This document shows, one piece after another, positions 30,907 to 41,742 of a stretch of DNA of 64,000 nt. The stretch lies in contig OZ240241.1 in NCBI GenBank assembly GCA_965198115.1, positions 6,304,001 to 6,368,000 on the forward strand, written 5' to 3'. Source of the stretch: Candidatus Latescibacterota bacterium (GTDB taxonomy: Bacteria > Latescibacterota > UBA2968). A model generated the notes under the pieces. That model was not told where the DNA came from. It searched no databases and was given only the letters and a program-made list of their open reading frames with translations. A program made the translations under genes and the position numbers. The stretch's first letter is position 1; every line of letters begins with the position of its first letter.

Positions 30907-31756
30907 TTAGTTGTCGCAAAAGAGGTGGGCAAGGAGGATGTCCTGCTCTCGGTATTCGGGAATGATGTAGTCAGCGCCCGCGTCGACGAGTCGGTTGCGC
31001 TTCCATTCATCGATTCCCTTTCGGGTCACCTCGTTCGAGGCGACGCCAACCGCCGTTCCTCCGACCTGTGAGACATTTTCGATTTCGACATATCCGTCGC
31101 CGAACCCGATCAGATGGGCGCCCGCGAGATCCGGTGCGAGCATCTCCTGGATGAGTTTTGCTTTTGAGAATTTTTTGTAGTCGTCGAGTGCCCCGAAGAT
31201 CCGGTTGCCGAAGAAAGGGGCGATCCCGAGGAGATGGGCTTCCTCGACGACGTATGCGTGATCCGTACCGCTCGCTAGGTAGAGATTCAGACCGCGTTCG
31301 GTCAGCGCCTTCAGGAGACGGCGGCTCTCCGGTACGAGCATGTCATCCGGATCGATCGCGCCGCTTTTCAGCCCCTCGATTCGACGTTCGATGTGGGTGA
31401 GGAGGCGGTCGTGGTATTTTTCCTTATAAGTCGCGGGGTCTTGAGGACGACCCCCACGAGAAGCGATTTCTTCGGTCAGGCGGATCATCTGGTAGATGGT
31501 CTGCTGCCCGGTGAGCGCATCGACGAAGTCGGCTACGACTTCCTCTAAGTGGGACTGGGATTCGTCGGTCCCCAGTTCGGAGAGAATGTCGACCATCATG
31601 GGCACCATGATGCTGCGCCCAACCTTCTCGGATGAGCGAAATCGTTCCGTCGAAATCGAAGATCGCGTATCGGTAGTCGCCGGTTGGAAGGTGATCGGAT
31701 ATCGCTTCAATCTGCCGGCTACCAGCCAGCCGTTTGGGCACGAGTGCACACTCCAT
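30907..31756 (-). CDS. HAD-family phosphatase (frameshift near 31620)
   Basis: FDFDGTISLIREGW (motif I), LASGT, FSK, FGDGYVEIE. Confidence 0.85.
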
Positions 31757-31930
31757 TTTTTCGCAGAATTAGAGAGGAATAGAGGGATGAGGGTGGTGAA
31801 AGTCAAGGTCTTCCTCCGTGTTTCAGGCGTGCTCTGGAAGGCCGAATGCGCCGATATGGCTTGAAAAACGTGCCCCGAAGCGTATATTGAGCAGTCCCGC
31901 GGACGAGCTCTTTCACATCCGAGACCATTC

Positions 31931-32584
31931 ATGTCGAACACGTCGCGAATCCTGATCGATCAGGATTCGTCACGGAAAAAAGAGCTCTGTCTTTACGAGG
32001 TCGAGGGTTCGGCCTACGAGGTTACTTGCGACGGACAGCTTTTTCGCGGGTCGACCGACGAGCAATGCGCAACCCTGGCCATGGAGACGATCCACGGCCT
32101 CCTCGGGAGCAGGAACCAGATCGACCTCCTGATCGGAGGCCTCGGATTCGGCGCGTCACTCACGCGTAGTCTTGACGAGAGCGGCCTGCGATCGGTCACC
32201 GTCGTGGAGCCCGAGTATCGGATGCTCGATTGGGCTCGTCGCCACTTGAGTCTCTCTACCGTGTTGGACGATCGGCGGGTGGAACTCGTCGAAGGGGCTT
32301 TCGAGGTGTTTGTCAGGGCATCGCCCCAAAGCTACCACGGTATTCTGATCGACTTCGACCGGGGGCCGGCCAACGCTATCCTGGACTCGAATCGACGCGC
32401 CTACAGCGTAACGATGCTCGATCTGCTGGCGCGGCGTCTCAGGGCGGACGGGATCCTGGCCGTTTGCACGGATGAGGAAGACACGGGATATCGGCGCGCG
32501 CTGGCTGAGGTCTTCACGGAGGTCGGGTCGCGCCCTGTTGGAAATCAAACACCCGGTCGAATGATTCATTTCGGCCGTTCGTAA
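31931..32584 (+). CDS. Spermidine-synthase-like SAM-binding protein
   Basis: LIGGLGFGASL, VTVVEPE, IDFDRGP. Confidence 0.75.
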   Translation: MSNTSRILIDQDSSRKKELCLYEVEGSAYEVTCDGQLFRGSTDEQCATLAMETIHGLLGSRNQIDLLIGGLGFGASLTRSLDESGLRSVTVVEPEYRMLDWARRHLSLSTVLDDRRVELVEGAFEVFVRASPQSYHGILIDFDRGPANAILDSNRRAYSVTMLDLLARRLRADGILAVCTDEEDTGYRRALAEVFTEVGSRPVGNQTPGRMIHFGRS

Positions 32585-32690
32585 ACCCAGTTGCACGTGA
32601 CCGTTCGAATCAGTCACTCTCCCCCGGAGGATGGGGCATTCGGCCGTACGAAGCCAGACGGGTGTGGGGGTCGTGGAAAGGAGCTGCAGG

Positions 32691-33998
32691 ATGGCGAAGG
32701 ATTCTCTGACGATCACGGACAATCGGACCGGTCAGACTTACGAGGTGCCGATTTTTCACGGAACGTACCCGAAGTATGCGTCGGCTATCCGGACGGCGGA
32801 TTTACGCGAAATCAAAGTCGACGAGGATGATTTCGGTCTGATGGGCTACGATCCGGCCTACCAGAACACGGCCTCGTGCAAGAGCTCCATCACCTTCATC
32901 GACGGCGACGAGGGAATTCTTCGGTATCAGGGCTACCCGATCGAGCAACTGGCCGAACAGAGCACGTATCTCGAGGTGGCCTACCTCTTGTTGAATGGAG
33001 AGCTTCCGAATCAGAACGAGCTAAACGAATGGAAAGAGACGATCGCCAGCCACGCGATGATCCACGAGAGCATTCGGAATTTCCTCGACGGATTCCGCTG
33101 GGGATCGCACACGATGGGAATGTTGGTGAGCGTGCTCGGCGCCAAGTCGACATTCTACCCGGACTCCCGAAACCTTTCGAGTCCGGAGCTCATGGAGCTC
33201 CACATCGCACGGCTCGTCAGCAAAGTCGCGACCGTGGGAGCCTTCTGCTACCGCCACAGCAGAGGGCTTCCCTATATCTATCCTGACGCGACGCTCGGCT
33301 TCTGCGAGAATTTCCTGAATATGCTTTTCAACGCACCGAACACGAAGTACGAACCTCATCCCGCCCTCGCACGGGCGGTGGAGGTTCTCTTCATCCTCCA
33401 CGCCGACCACGAGCAGAACTGCAGCGCGAGCACGATGCGGGGGATCGGGAGCGGGTTGGCGGACCCCTATTCCTCGACGGCCGGCGCTGCGGCGGCCCTT
33501 TTTGGGCCCCTCCACGGCGGAGCGAACGAGGCCGTCCTGAAAATGTTGGCGGCAATCGGCGATGTGAAGAACGTGCCCGCCCACATCGAGAAAGTTAAGA
33601 ATCGAGAGGTCCTGCTACAGGGATTCGGCCACCGCGTCTACAAAAACTACGATCCGCGTGCATCGATTATCAAGAAGACGGCCGAGGAAGTGTTCGAAGT
33701 GACAGGTCGCAATCCACTGATCGATATCGCGACGGAGCTGGAGCGGATCGCGCTCGAGGACGACTTTTTCGTGTCCAGAAAGCTCTACCCGAACGTCGAC
33801 TTCTACTCGGGCATCATCTATCAGGCCATGGGACTGCCGGTCGATATGTATCCGGTGCTGTTCGCCATTCCGCGGACGGCCGGCTGGCTCGCCCAGTGGA
33901 AAGAGATGATGAACGACGATGAGCAGAAGATCGCCCGCCCCCGCCAAGTCTACACAGGAGAGGATGATCGGGAGTTCGTGCCGATGTCGAAACGATAG
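32691..33998 (+). CDS. gltA: Citrate synthase
   Basis: HADHEQNCS, GPLHGGANE, GFGHRVYKNYDPRA, YPNVDFYSG, KIARPRQVY; AAGGAG RBS. Confidence 0.97.
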   Translation: MAKDSLTITDNRTGQTYEVPIFHGTYPKYASAIRTADLREIKVDEDDFGLMGYDPAYQNTASCKSSITFIDGDEGILRYQGYPIEQLAEQSTYLEVAYLLLNGELPNQNELNEWKETIASHAMIHESIRNFLDGFRWGSHTMGMLVSVLGAKSTFYPDSRNLSSPELMELHIARLVSKVATVGAFCYRHSRGLPYIYPDATLGFCENFLNMLFNAPNTKYEPHPALARAVEVLFILHADHEQNCSASTMRGIGSGLADPYSSTAGAAAALFGPLHGGANEAVLKMLAAIGDVKNVPAHIEKVKNREVLLQGFGHRVYKNYDPRASIIKKTAEEVFEVTGRNPLIDIATELERIALEDDFFVSRKLYPNVDFYSGIIYQAMGLPVDMYPVLFAIPRTAGWLAQWKEMMNDDEQKIARPRQVYTGEDDREFVPMSKR

Positions 33999-34098
33999 AC
34001 GGAAACACAGCCACTGAGAACACGGAGGGGCCTCGGACCTTAACGACCAGGCCCTATCGGGAACAGGAGCGTAGGAGAACTCTGGCTACGTTGTGGAA

Positions 34099-34138
34099 GG
34101 GCGCGTTCTTGAGGTTACGAGAGCGCGCCGTTCTCTTT
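34099..34138 (+). terminator. Probable terminator after gltA
   Basis: GGCGCGTTCT/AGAGCGCGCC stem followed by TTCTCTTT. Confidence 0.5.
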
Positions 34139-34143
34139 GGTTG

Positions 34144-34181
34144 TTGACACCAACACGCTTTAAGGTGTATAGTCACTTATT
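34144..34181 (+). promoter_or_regulatory. Sigma70 promoter for a probably leaderless marR, with an overlapping imperfect dyad
   Basis: TTGACA 34144-34149, 18 bp spacer, TATAGT 34168-34173, ATG 8 nt later, no SD. Confidence 0.65.
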
Positions 34182-34631
34182 ATGAGGGCGAGCAAGCGCC
34201 ATCGATTTCTGAATTGCACGTGTTACCATCTCAGGATGGCTACGAGAACGGTCACCCAGTACTACGACAATCGGCTGCGTCCGTCGGGTCTCCGGGGCAC
34301 ACAGTTTACCGTCCTAGCTGCGGTGGGGGAAGTTGGCCCAGTCCCCATCACGAACTTGGCCCGCGAGCTGATGATGGATCGGACCACGTTGACTCGAGAC
34401 ATCAAGCCCCTGCAGAAACGGGGTCTTATCGATGTGACAGAAGGTTCGGACCGCCGTGTGCGACTCCTCGCATTGAGCGAGGACGGACAGAGAGCGCTCG
34501 ATGCTGCAGTTCCCCTTTGGGAAGCTGCCCAGGAAGAAATCTACCAATCACTGGGTAAAAAGACCTGGAAGCGACTCATGGGTGATCTGGATCAAACGGC
34601 TTTGAAGGCTGCATCGAGTAAATCAGTTTAA
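34182..34631 (+). CDS. MarR-family regulator
   Basis: CTCYHLRMATR, GLRGTQF, MDRTTLTR, DRRVRLLALSEDG. Confidence 0.92.
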   Translation: MRASKRHRFLNCTCYHLRMATRTVTQYYDNRLRPSGLRGTQFTVLAAVGEVGPVPITNLARELMMDRTTLTRDIKPLQKRGLIDVTEGSDRRVRLLALSEDGQRALDAAVPLWEAAQEEIYQSLGKKTWKRLMGDLDQTALKAASSKSV

Positions 34632-34791
34632 CGCAGTGCAGGATCGGCAGTCGCAATACGGGGATGGTCCGGGATTAGAGTGTAGATACACTAAGATGCG
34701 GTTGGCAGATGCCTTGGGCGTCGTGGGGTTGAGAAGGGGGTCCGGATGGTGTCTATTCAAGCCGAATGCCGACCCCACAATAGGATTTACC

Positions 34792-35148
34792 GTGAGGAAG
34801 TCTATTTCAATTCTGTCCGTTACTTTCGCTGTCCTGGCGATGACGGCTTTTAGCGTTCAGTGCTTCTGCCCGGCCGTGTCTGTCAAGGTGGTCGACGCGA
34901 CGTGCCATGCCGAGCAGTCTTCGTCCTGTTGTTGCAGCACGGATGTCGAGCAGAGCACAGCGACGAGTAGCTTGCCGTTTGTCGGATCCACTCAGGAGGT
35001 GCCGAACGGACCCTCCCTTTTGCTTATGCCAGAGCGTGTTGGCGCGCTCGCGCTACACATCCAAACGGTTCTTCCCAGAAGCATTGCGGTCTCCGCCGGT
35101 CGAAACGCTTCCCTGCTTTACCTCTCGCATCAAGCCTTCCTGATCTGA
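34792..35148 (+). CDS. Cys-rich membrane-anchored leader protein upstream of the cus operon (start uncertain)
   Basis: N-terminal hydrophobic helix, CFC, CH, CCC, C-terminal LYLSHQAFLI. Confidence 0.65.
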   Translation: MRKSISILSVTFAVLAMTAFSVQCFCPAVSVKVVDATCHAEQSSSCCCSTDVEQSTATSSLPFVGSTQEVPNGPSLLLMPERVGALALHIQTVLPRSIAVSAGRNASLLYLSHQAFLI

Positions 35149-35300
35149 TCGTCCTTCCGGGTACTTCTATGCCCAACCGGAGAAGTCTGTACGCGATCCG
35201 GCGCTCTGAGGGTGACGCGTCGCGTCATTCCACATTCGTTCGATCCATTCCATCGATTTCCTGTAAACGGATCCGTCTACGTGACGGAGAGGAGTTCGTC

Positions 35301-36608
35301 GTGCGCATTCGATTTTGGACGCTCGCGCTGTTGGTATTGCCGGTGGTGTCGACGGTTCAGGGCGATACCCTGGACCTCGATGTTCTGATCGAGGAGGCGC
35401 TTCGCGAGAACCTGTCTCTCCGCGCCTTCGAACATCGCGTCGCGGCCTTCGCGGCACGCGTGCCTCGCGCCGGAGCATTGGAAGATCCAGTCGTCAGTCT
35501 CGAAGCCAGGAATCTACCTGTATCCCGGTTCGACTTCGACAGCACGCCGATGTCTGGCAAGATGATTTCGGTGAATCAGACTGTCCCCCTGCCCGGTCTG
35601 CTTCGCGCAAGGACGACGGTTGCGCGCAATGAGGCCGATGAGGTGGGGGCCGGCCTGGAAGACCGAAGGCGGATGATCGTCAAGCAGGTCAAGCAGACTT
35701 ACTTCGAGCTGGATTTCCTGGATCGTGCGATCGATCTGACACGAGAAAACCAGAGACTCCTGGACGATGTAGGCGCGATCGCCGAACGGCAGTACGCGGT
35801 CGGCAAGGGCATCCAGGCGGACCCTCTGAGGATTCGTGTCGCACGTGGGATGGTCGCCGACCGACTGCTCGAGCTAGAAGCCTCGCGAAGAACCGCAGCT
35901 TCGCGTCTGAGTCTGATTCTCAACAGGGAACCGGACTCGTCTATCGGCCCTATCCCGCCGTGGACGCCCCGGAAGCAGACCTGGCCTTTTGGTGAACTCG
36001 TGAGCATTGCTCTGGAACACCGCGGACGATTGATCGCACTCGGTCACGCAAAGGCTCGCTGGGAGGCTGAAACAGACGCGGCTCGTCGCGAATCCTGGCC
36101 GGGGGTTCGACTTGGTGTGGGTTACGTTCAGCGAACGGCAGCGCTCGGGGATCCGGCTCAGGGAGCCGACTTCCTCACCTTTCGAGCCGCGTTCACGATT
36201 CCTCTTTACAAAGGACGAAAACAAAAACAGAAGGAAATCGAAGCCCAACAGCGCTTACTGGAGAAAACGTCAGAATGGGACTGGGAATTGAAGCAGCTTC
36301 GTCAGGAAATTCAGGATAAGATCGTCAGGATGGAACAGCACCACGGCCAGCACGTGCTTTTCGAGGAGACCGTTCTGCCCCAGTCTGAAATGGCGATGTC
36401 TTCCGTGCTGTCCGCGTACCGCGTCGGGCGCGCCGATCTGAGCGCGGTGCTGGAAGCGCAATCGGCGCTGTTGAAATCGGAATTGATGAACCACCACCAT
36501 CGGGTCACGCACGCCAGAGTTATGGCGGAACTAGAGTTCACGGTCGGCGCCGACCTGACCCGATTCGAAGCCGGCGCGGATGGTTCTACGAGAGGAGAGG
36601 GAGAATGA
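35301..36608 (+). CDS. TolC-family outer membrane factor (CusC-like)
   Basis: GAGGAG RBS, signal peptide, ALRENLSL, GALEDP, VKQTYFEL, YRVGRAD. Confidence 0.88.
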   Translation: MRIRFWTLALLVLPVVSTVQGDTLDLDVLIEEALRENLSLRAFEHRVAAFAARVPRAGALEDPVVSLEARNLPVSRFDFDSTPMSGKMISVNQTVPLPGLLRARTTVARNEADEVGAGLEDRRRMIVKQVKQTYFELDFLDRAIDLTRENQRLLDDVGAIAERQYAVGKGIQADPLRIRVARGMVADRLLELEASRRTAASRLSLILNREPDSSIGPIPPWTPRKQTWPFGELVSIALEHRGRLIALGHAKARWEAETDAARRESWPGVRLGVGYVQRTAALGDPAQGADFLTFRAAFTIPLYKGRKQKQKEIEAQQRLLEKTSEWDWELKQLRQEIQDKIVRMEQHHGQHVLFEETVLPQSEMAMSSVLSAYRVGRADLSAVLEAQSALLKSELMNHHHRVTHARVMAELEFTVGADLTRFEAGADGSTRGEGE

Positions 36609-37942
36609 CTCGCACTGGATGGCTCGCGGCGATTGCCGCGTTGGTGCTCGCCGGAGTTGGAGGCTGGGTCCTGCGTGGGTCCGCACCCACGCCCGTGGTG
36701 ATGGTTGATGAGCACGATCACGCCGAGGACGTCGACTATTACACCTGTCCGATGCACCCTTCAGTCAAGGCGCAGGAGCCCGGTGCGTGCCCGATCTGTG
36801 GCATGGACCTGACGCCAGTTCCGAAGCTGAGAACAGAAGCAGGACAAGGTGAAGATGGAATAGCATCCGTGCCCGGTATGTCTGCCCCGGGGTCACGACC
36901 GAGGGTGGACTTCATCAAGGTAACGCCGTATCAGCAGCAGTTGATCGGGGTGACCGTTGGTGAAGTGACAGAGCAGTCCGCAAAGACGGAGGTCAGAACG
37001 ATCGGGCGCGTTGTCTACGACGAGACCCGTTTGACGGACGTTAATCTTAAGGTATCGGGGTGGATCCAGGATCTTTATGTGGATCATGTTGGCAAGTCCG
37101 TCCGGAAGGGTGAGCCCCTGTTCACCCTTTACAGTCCCGAGCTCGTTGCCAGCCAGGAAGAATATCTCCTGGCTTACGAGGGGCTGCGCAGAGTTCAGGC
37201 GCCGGCTCTGCAGGACTCGGAATCGCCCGAAGGTGAGTCCGCGGTCTGGAGCGAACGGCTTCTTCAGTCTGCACGGGAACGCCTCGAGTTGTGGGATCTG
37301 ACGGACAGGCAGATTCGGGAACTGGAGTCCACCGGGAAGCGCAGCAGGGCCGTGACGGTCTACGCGCCCTCGGATGGGATCGTGACGGAGCGGATGGCGG
37401 TCTCCGGTATGTTCGTGAAACCGGACATGCGGCTCTACAGGATTGCGCGATTAGACTCGGTGTGGATCAGGGTAGACGTCTACGAGCAGGAGCTGCCATT
37501 CGTTCACGCGGGACAGCCCGCGACGATCTCTCTCTCTTATCTGCCCGAAGCGTCCTTGGAAGGCACGGTGGATTACGTCTACCCGTATCTGGACCCCAAG
37601 ACGCTGACTGCCACGGTACGCGTTCGTGTATCGAACCCGGACGGAGCGCTCAAGCCCGGCATGTTCGCGAACGTACTTCTGCATCGGTCCGAGGACACCC
37701 GGCTGCTCGTCCCGGAAGCCGCCGTCCTCTTTTCCGGACGCCGCCGGATCGTGTTTCTGGCGCTTGGCGACGGGCGGTTTCAGCCACGTGAAGTTTCTCT
37801 CGGCCGGCAATTTCGGTCAGGCTACGAAGTGATCGCCGGGCTTCGATCGGGTGATCGTGTGGTGACATCGGCCAACTTCCTGCTCGATTCGGAGAGCAAG
37901 TTGAAGAATGTGACGGCAGCCGTGCTGCCGACCGAATCGTAA
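36605..37942 (+). CDS. cusB: RND membrane fusion protein with a heavy-metal-binding domain
   Basis: YTCPMHP...PGACPICGMDL, YSPELVASQEEY, LKPGMF, ANFLLDSES. Confidence 0.92.
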   Translation: MTRTGWLAAIAALVLAGVGGWVLRGSAPTPVVMVDEHDHAEDVDYYTCPMHPSVKAQEPGACPICGMDLTPVPKLRTEAGQGEDGIASVPGMSAPGSRPRVDFIKVTPYQQQLIGVTVGEVTEQSAKTEVRTIGRVVYDETRLTDVNLKVSGWIQDLYVDHVGKSVRKGEPLFTLYSPELVASQEEYLLAYEGLRRVQAPALQDSESPEGESAVWSERLLQSARERLELWDLTDRQIRELESTGKRSRAVTVYAPSDGIVTERMAVSGMFVKPDMRLYRIARLDSVWIRVDVYEQELPFVHAGQPATISLSYLPEASLEGTVDYVYPYLDPKTLTATVRVRVSNPDGALKPGMFANVLLHRSEDTRLLVPEAAVLFSGRRRIVFLALGDGRFQPREVSLGRQFRSGYEVIAGLRSGDRVVTSANFLLDSESKLKNVTAAVLPTES

Positions 37943-37951
37943 GAGAACGCC

Positions 37952-40900
37952 ATGATCGAGAAAATCATCGAATACAGCGCTCGGAACCGGATGATGATCA
38001 TCATCCTGGTACTTTTCGGCGCCACGTGGGGTGGATGGGCGCTGCGGAACGTTCCGCTCGATGCCATTCCGGATCTGTCGGACGTGCAGGTCATCGTGTT
38101 CACAGAATGGCCGGGTCGGAGTCCAGATCTGATCGAGGACCAGATCACCTATCCCGTGATTACGACGATTCTGGCCGCGCCGAAGGTGAAGTTCGTACGG
38201 GGGCAGTCGTTTTTCGGACTGTCGTTCGTCTACGTGATCTTCGAGGATGGCACGGACATGTACTGGGCGCGAAGCCGCGTTCTGGAGTTTCTGAACGAAG
38301 TGACCGGACAGTTGCCCGAAGGCGTGACGCCGTCGCTCGGCCCGGATGCGACGGGCGTAGGCTGGGTGTATCAGTACGCGTTGGTCGACACGACCGGACA
38401 GAACAGCCTGGCAGACCTTCGGAGCTTCCAGGACTGGTCCCTGAAATACTGGCTCGAGAGTGTCCCCGGCGTAGCGGAGGTCGCATCGGTCGGCGGATAT
38501 GTGAAGCAGTATCAGGTCAATCTGGTTCCGAACAAGCTCCTGGCGTACAACCTGCCGATCAGCGCGATTATCCACGCGATTCGCCAGAGCAACAATGACG
38601 TGGGTGGCCGTGTGATCGAGATTGCTGGGACCGAGCACATGATCCGGGGTCGGGGATACATCGAGTCGGTCGGAGACCTCGAGCAGATTCCCCTCGGTTC
38701 GAACGCCGACGGTACGCCCATTTACCTGCGGGATGTGGCTCAAGTTCAGATTGGTCCGGACATGCGTCGCGGTCTGGCGGAGCTCGACGGCAAGGGCGAG
38801 ACTGTGGGCGGCGTGATCGTGATGCGCTACGGAGAGAACGCTCTCAGTGTGATCGACCGGGTGAAGGAGCGTCTGAAGGAGGTCGAACCTTCACTGCCAG
38901 AAGGCGTTCGGGTCGTGACGACGTATGACCGCTCGGACCTGATTCTGCGGGCGATCGACGTGCTCAAGCGCGGACTGACCGAGGAGATGCTTGTCGTCGC
39001 GATCGTGATCGTGATCTTTCTGTTGCACATTCGAAGCGCTCTGATTCCCATCATTACGCTGCCCATCGCGGTCCTCATGTCTTTCGTCCCCATGTACTAC
39101 ATGGGGTTGACTTCGAACATCATGTCGTTGGGAGGTATCGCGATCGCGATCGGCGCGATGGTGGACGCCGCTGTGGTGTTGGTGGAGAACGCACATAAAC
39201 ATCTGGACCGATGGTCCATCGATCAGTCCCGCTCTACGGTCGGGCCTACTCGGGATGAAAGAATCGAAATCATCATTCGTTCCGCGAAGGAAGTGGGCAA
39301 ACCGATCTTCTACTCCCTGTTGATCATCGCGGTTTCGTTCGTGCCGGTGTTCACGCTCGAGGCGCAGGAGGGACGGCTGTTCAAGCCGCTCGCCTTCACG
39401 AAGAACTTCGCGATGTTCTTCGCGGCGATCCTGGCGATCACGTTGGCGCCGGCGCTGATGGGACTCTTGATCCGGGGCCGCATTCACTCCGAAGAGAAAC
39501 ATCCGATCAGTCGGGCGCTGATCTGGCTCTATGGACCGGTGATCACCCTGGTCCTTCGATTCAAGAAGAGCGTCATCGGGATCGCGATGGTGGCTCTTGC
39601 GCTGACGGCCCTCCCTTTCGGGCAACTCGCGTCGGAGTTCATGCCGCCCCTGGATGAAGGGAGTATTCTCTACATGCCGACGTCGCTGCCCGGTATGTCT
39701 ATCACGGAAGCGAAGAAAGTGCTGCACGCTCAGGACAAACTTCTGGTTCAGTTTCCGGAAGTGGAGCGTGTGTTCGGAAAGGTCGGACGCGCTCGAACCG
39801 CCACGGACCCCGCTCCGCTTTCGATGGTGGAAACGACGATTACACTCAGACCCCGTTCGGAATGGCGGGACGGGATGACCTGGGACAAGCTGGTCAAGGA
39901 GATGGACTCAGTGCTGAAATTTCCCGGTATGCCCAACATCTGGTGGATGCCGATCCAGACCCGCACCGAGATGCTGGCGACGGGGATCCGAAGCCCGATC
40001 GGCATCAAAGTCTTCGGGCCAGACCTGGAGACAATCGAAAAGGTGGCCCTGGACATCGAGAGAGCCGTCCGGGATGTCCCCGGAACACGAAGCGCGTTCG
40101 CGGAACGCGTGACCGGTGGGAATTTTGTGGATTTCGTCGTGCGGCGGGGGGAGGCAGCAAGGTATGGTCTTCAGGTCGAACAGGTCGAGCAGATCATACA
40201 GACGGCCATTGGAGGCCTGAACATCGATCAGACGGTCGAGGGTCGGGAACGTTACCCGATCAGCGTTCGCTACGCCAGGGAGTTGCGTGACAACTTGGAT
40301 GACCTCAGGCGCGTCCTGGTACCTACACCCACTGGGACACACGTACCGATCGCCCAGCTCGTGGACATCCAGACGGTGACCGGGCCGCCGATGATCCGTG
40401 ATGAGTCGGCACAGCTGGTGGGATTCGTGTTCGTGGATATCGTGGATCGTCCCCTGGGCGAGTATGTGGCCGAGGCGCAGCAGGTGGTTTTGGACAGGGT
40501 CGACATCCCGGCGGGGTATCGCATCGCGTGGGGCGGTCAGTTTCAGTATATGGAACGGGCCAGAGAGAAGCTCATGCTCGTGGTGCCTCTGACGCTTTTC
40601 ATCGTGTTCTTCCTGCTCTACATGAACTTTAATTCGATCGCGGAAACGTTGATCGTCATGCTGTCGGTGCCTTTCGCGCTCGTAGGTGGTGTGTGGTTGC
40701 TCTATTTGCTCGACTACAATCTTTCCGTGGCAGTGTGGGTTGGGATTATTGCACTGGTCGGCGTGGCCGCCGAAACGGGCGTGGTCATGCTGGTCTACCT
40801 GGATGAAGCGTGGGAACGGAGGGTCAGCGAAGGAAAGACGTCTTTCGCCGATCTTCGCGAGGCGGTGGTAGAAGGGGCGGTCCAGCGCGTCCGGCCCAAG

Positions 40901-41549
40901 ATCATGACCGTGGGGACGACGATCATCGGTCTACTCCCGATCATGCTCGGGACGGGAACGGGTTCGGATGTGATGAAACGCATCGCCGCGCCGATGGTGG
41001 GTGGACTGGTCTCGTCAACTATTCTGACGTTGGCCATCATCCCAGCGATCTATGTCATCTGGAAGGGACGGGGGCTGGCGAAGGAAGAAGAGGCTGGAAC
41101 GCCGCTGCCGTCGTGGGCGCGGTTCGTATTGATCACTACCGGGCTCGTCGTGGCTCTCTCGGGGGTACACTTCCTGTCGGGATTATCCGATACCTCCCCG
41201 GGCGGACCGCAGGCGGTGATCACGACGGTTCAGAGCGGTAGTGTCGAAATTTCCGTTTCCGGAGCCGACGGGAGGATGGTGTCGGGAAAGAACCGGCTGA
41301 GTCTTTCCTTCACGGACGCGGCGACGGGGGTCTCCGCCGACGTTCAGGGCGTTGCTTTGGAACTGTTCATGCCCGCCATGGGGGGGGCGATGGCGCCTAT
41401 GCAGAGCGAGGCCGACATCACGTCCCTGGACGCACCGGCCGATTCTTGGCCGACATCGAAGTTCAGATGCTGGTGAGTGGCAAGTCACAGTCAGGTTTTC
41501 GGGGCCCGGAATCGACGGAAAACGAACGTTTGCCGTTACTGCGCAGTGA
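37952..41549 (+). CDS. cusA: CusA/SilA Cu(I)/Ag(I) RND transporter with a C-terminal YtkA/FixH-like extension (frameshifts in the last ~120 nt)
   Basis: LDAIPDLSDVQVI, GAMVDAA, EFMPPLDEG, TDPAPLSMVET, RTEML, AAETGVVM, RVRPKIMT; tail LFMPAMG...GEWQVTV. Confidence 0.93.
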
Positions 41550-41592
41550 TTTGAAAACCCAGGATTGAGAGGATCAGGACATCCACGGCGAT

Positions 41593-41655
41593 TTGACATT
41601 GGAGATCGAAGACAGTATTATAACCGCTCACTTGAACAAGTGTTCAAGTGAGCGG
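41593..41655 (+). promoter_or_regulatory. Sigma70 promoter plus a perfect 15-2-15 ArsR/SmtB-type operator
   Basis: TTGACA 41593-41598, 17 bp spacer, TATTAT 41616-41621; CCGCTCACTTGAACA-AG-TGTTCAAGTGAGCGG at 41624-41655. Confidence 0.85.
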
Positions 41656-41742
41656 GAGAACTGGCGAGCCCATTGGTTGTAGGCGCTCGCGGCAGGATTG
41701 GGCAGTCATTGTTCCAGCCTGCTCGAGTCATCATTTGCTACT

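Noticed and set aside
2078-41549. Programmed frameshifting or mass pseudogenisation in the sulfatase, SGNH, SDR, kinase, creatininase, HAD and cusA tail
   Set aside because: Single-base shifts, several at homopolymer runs, scattered over unrelated genes fit long-read consensus errors better; not resolvable without reads.
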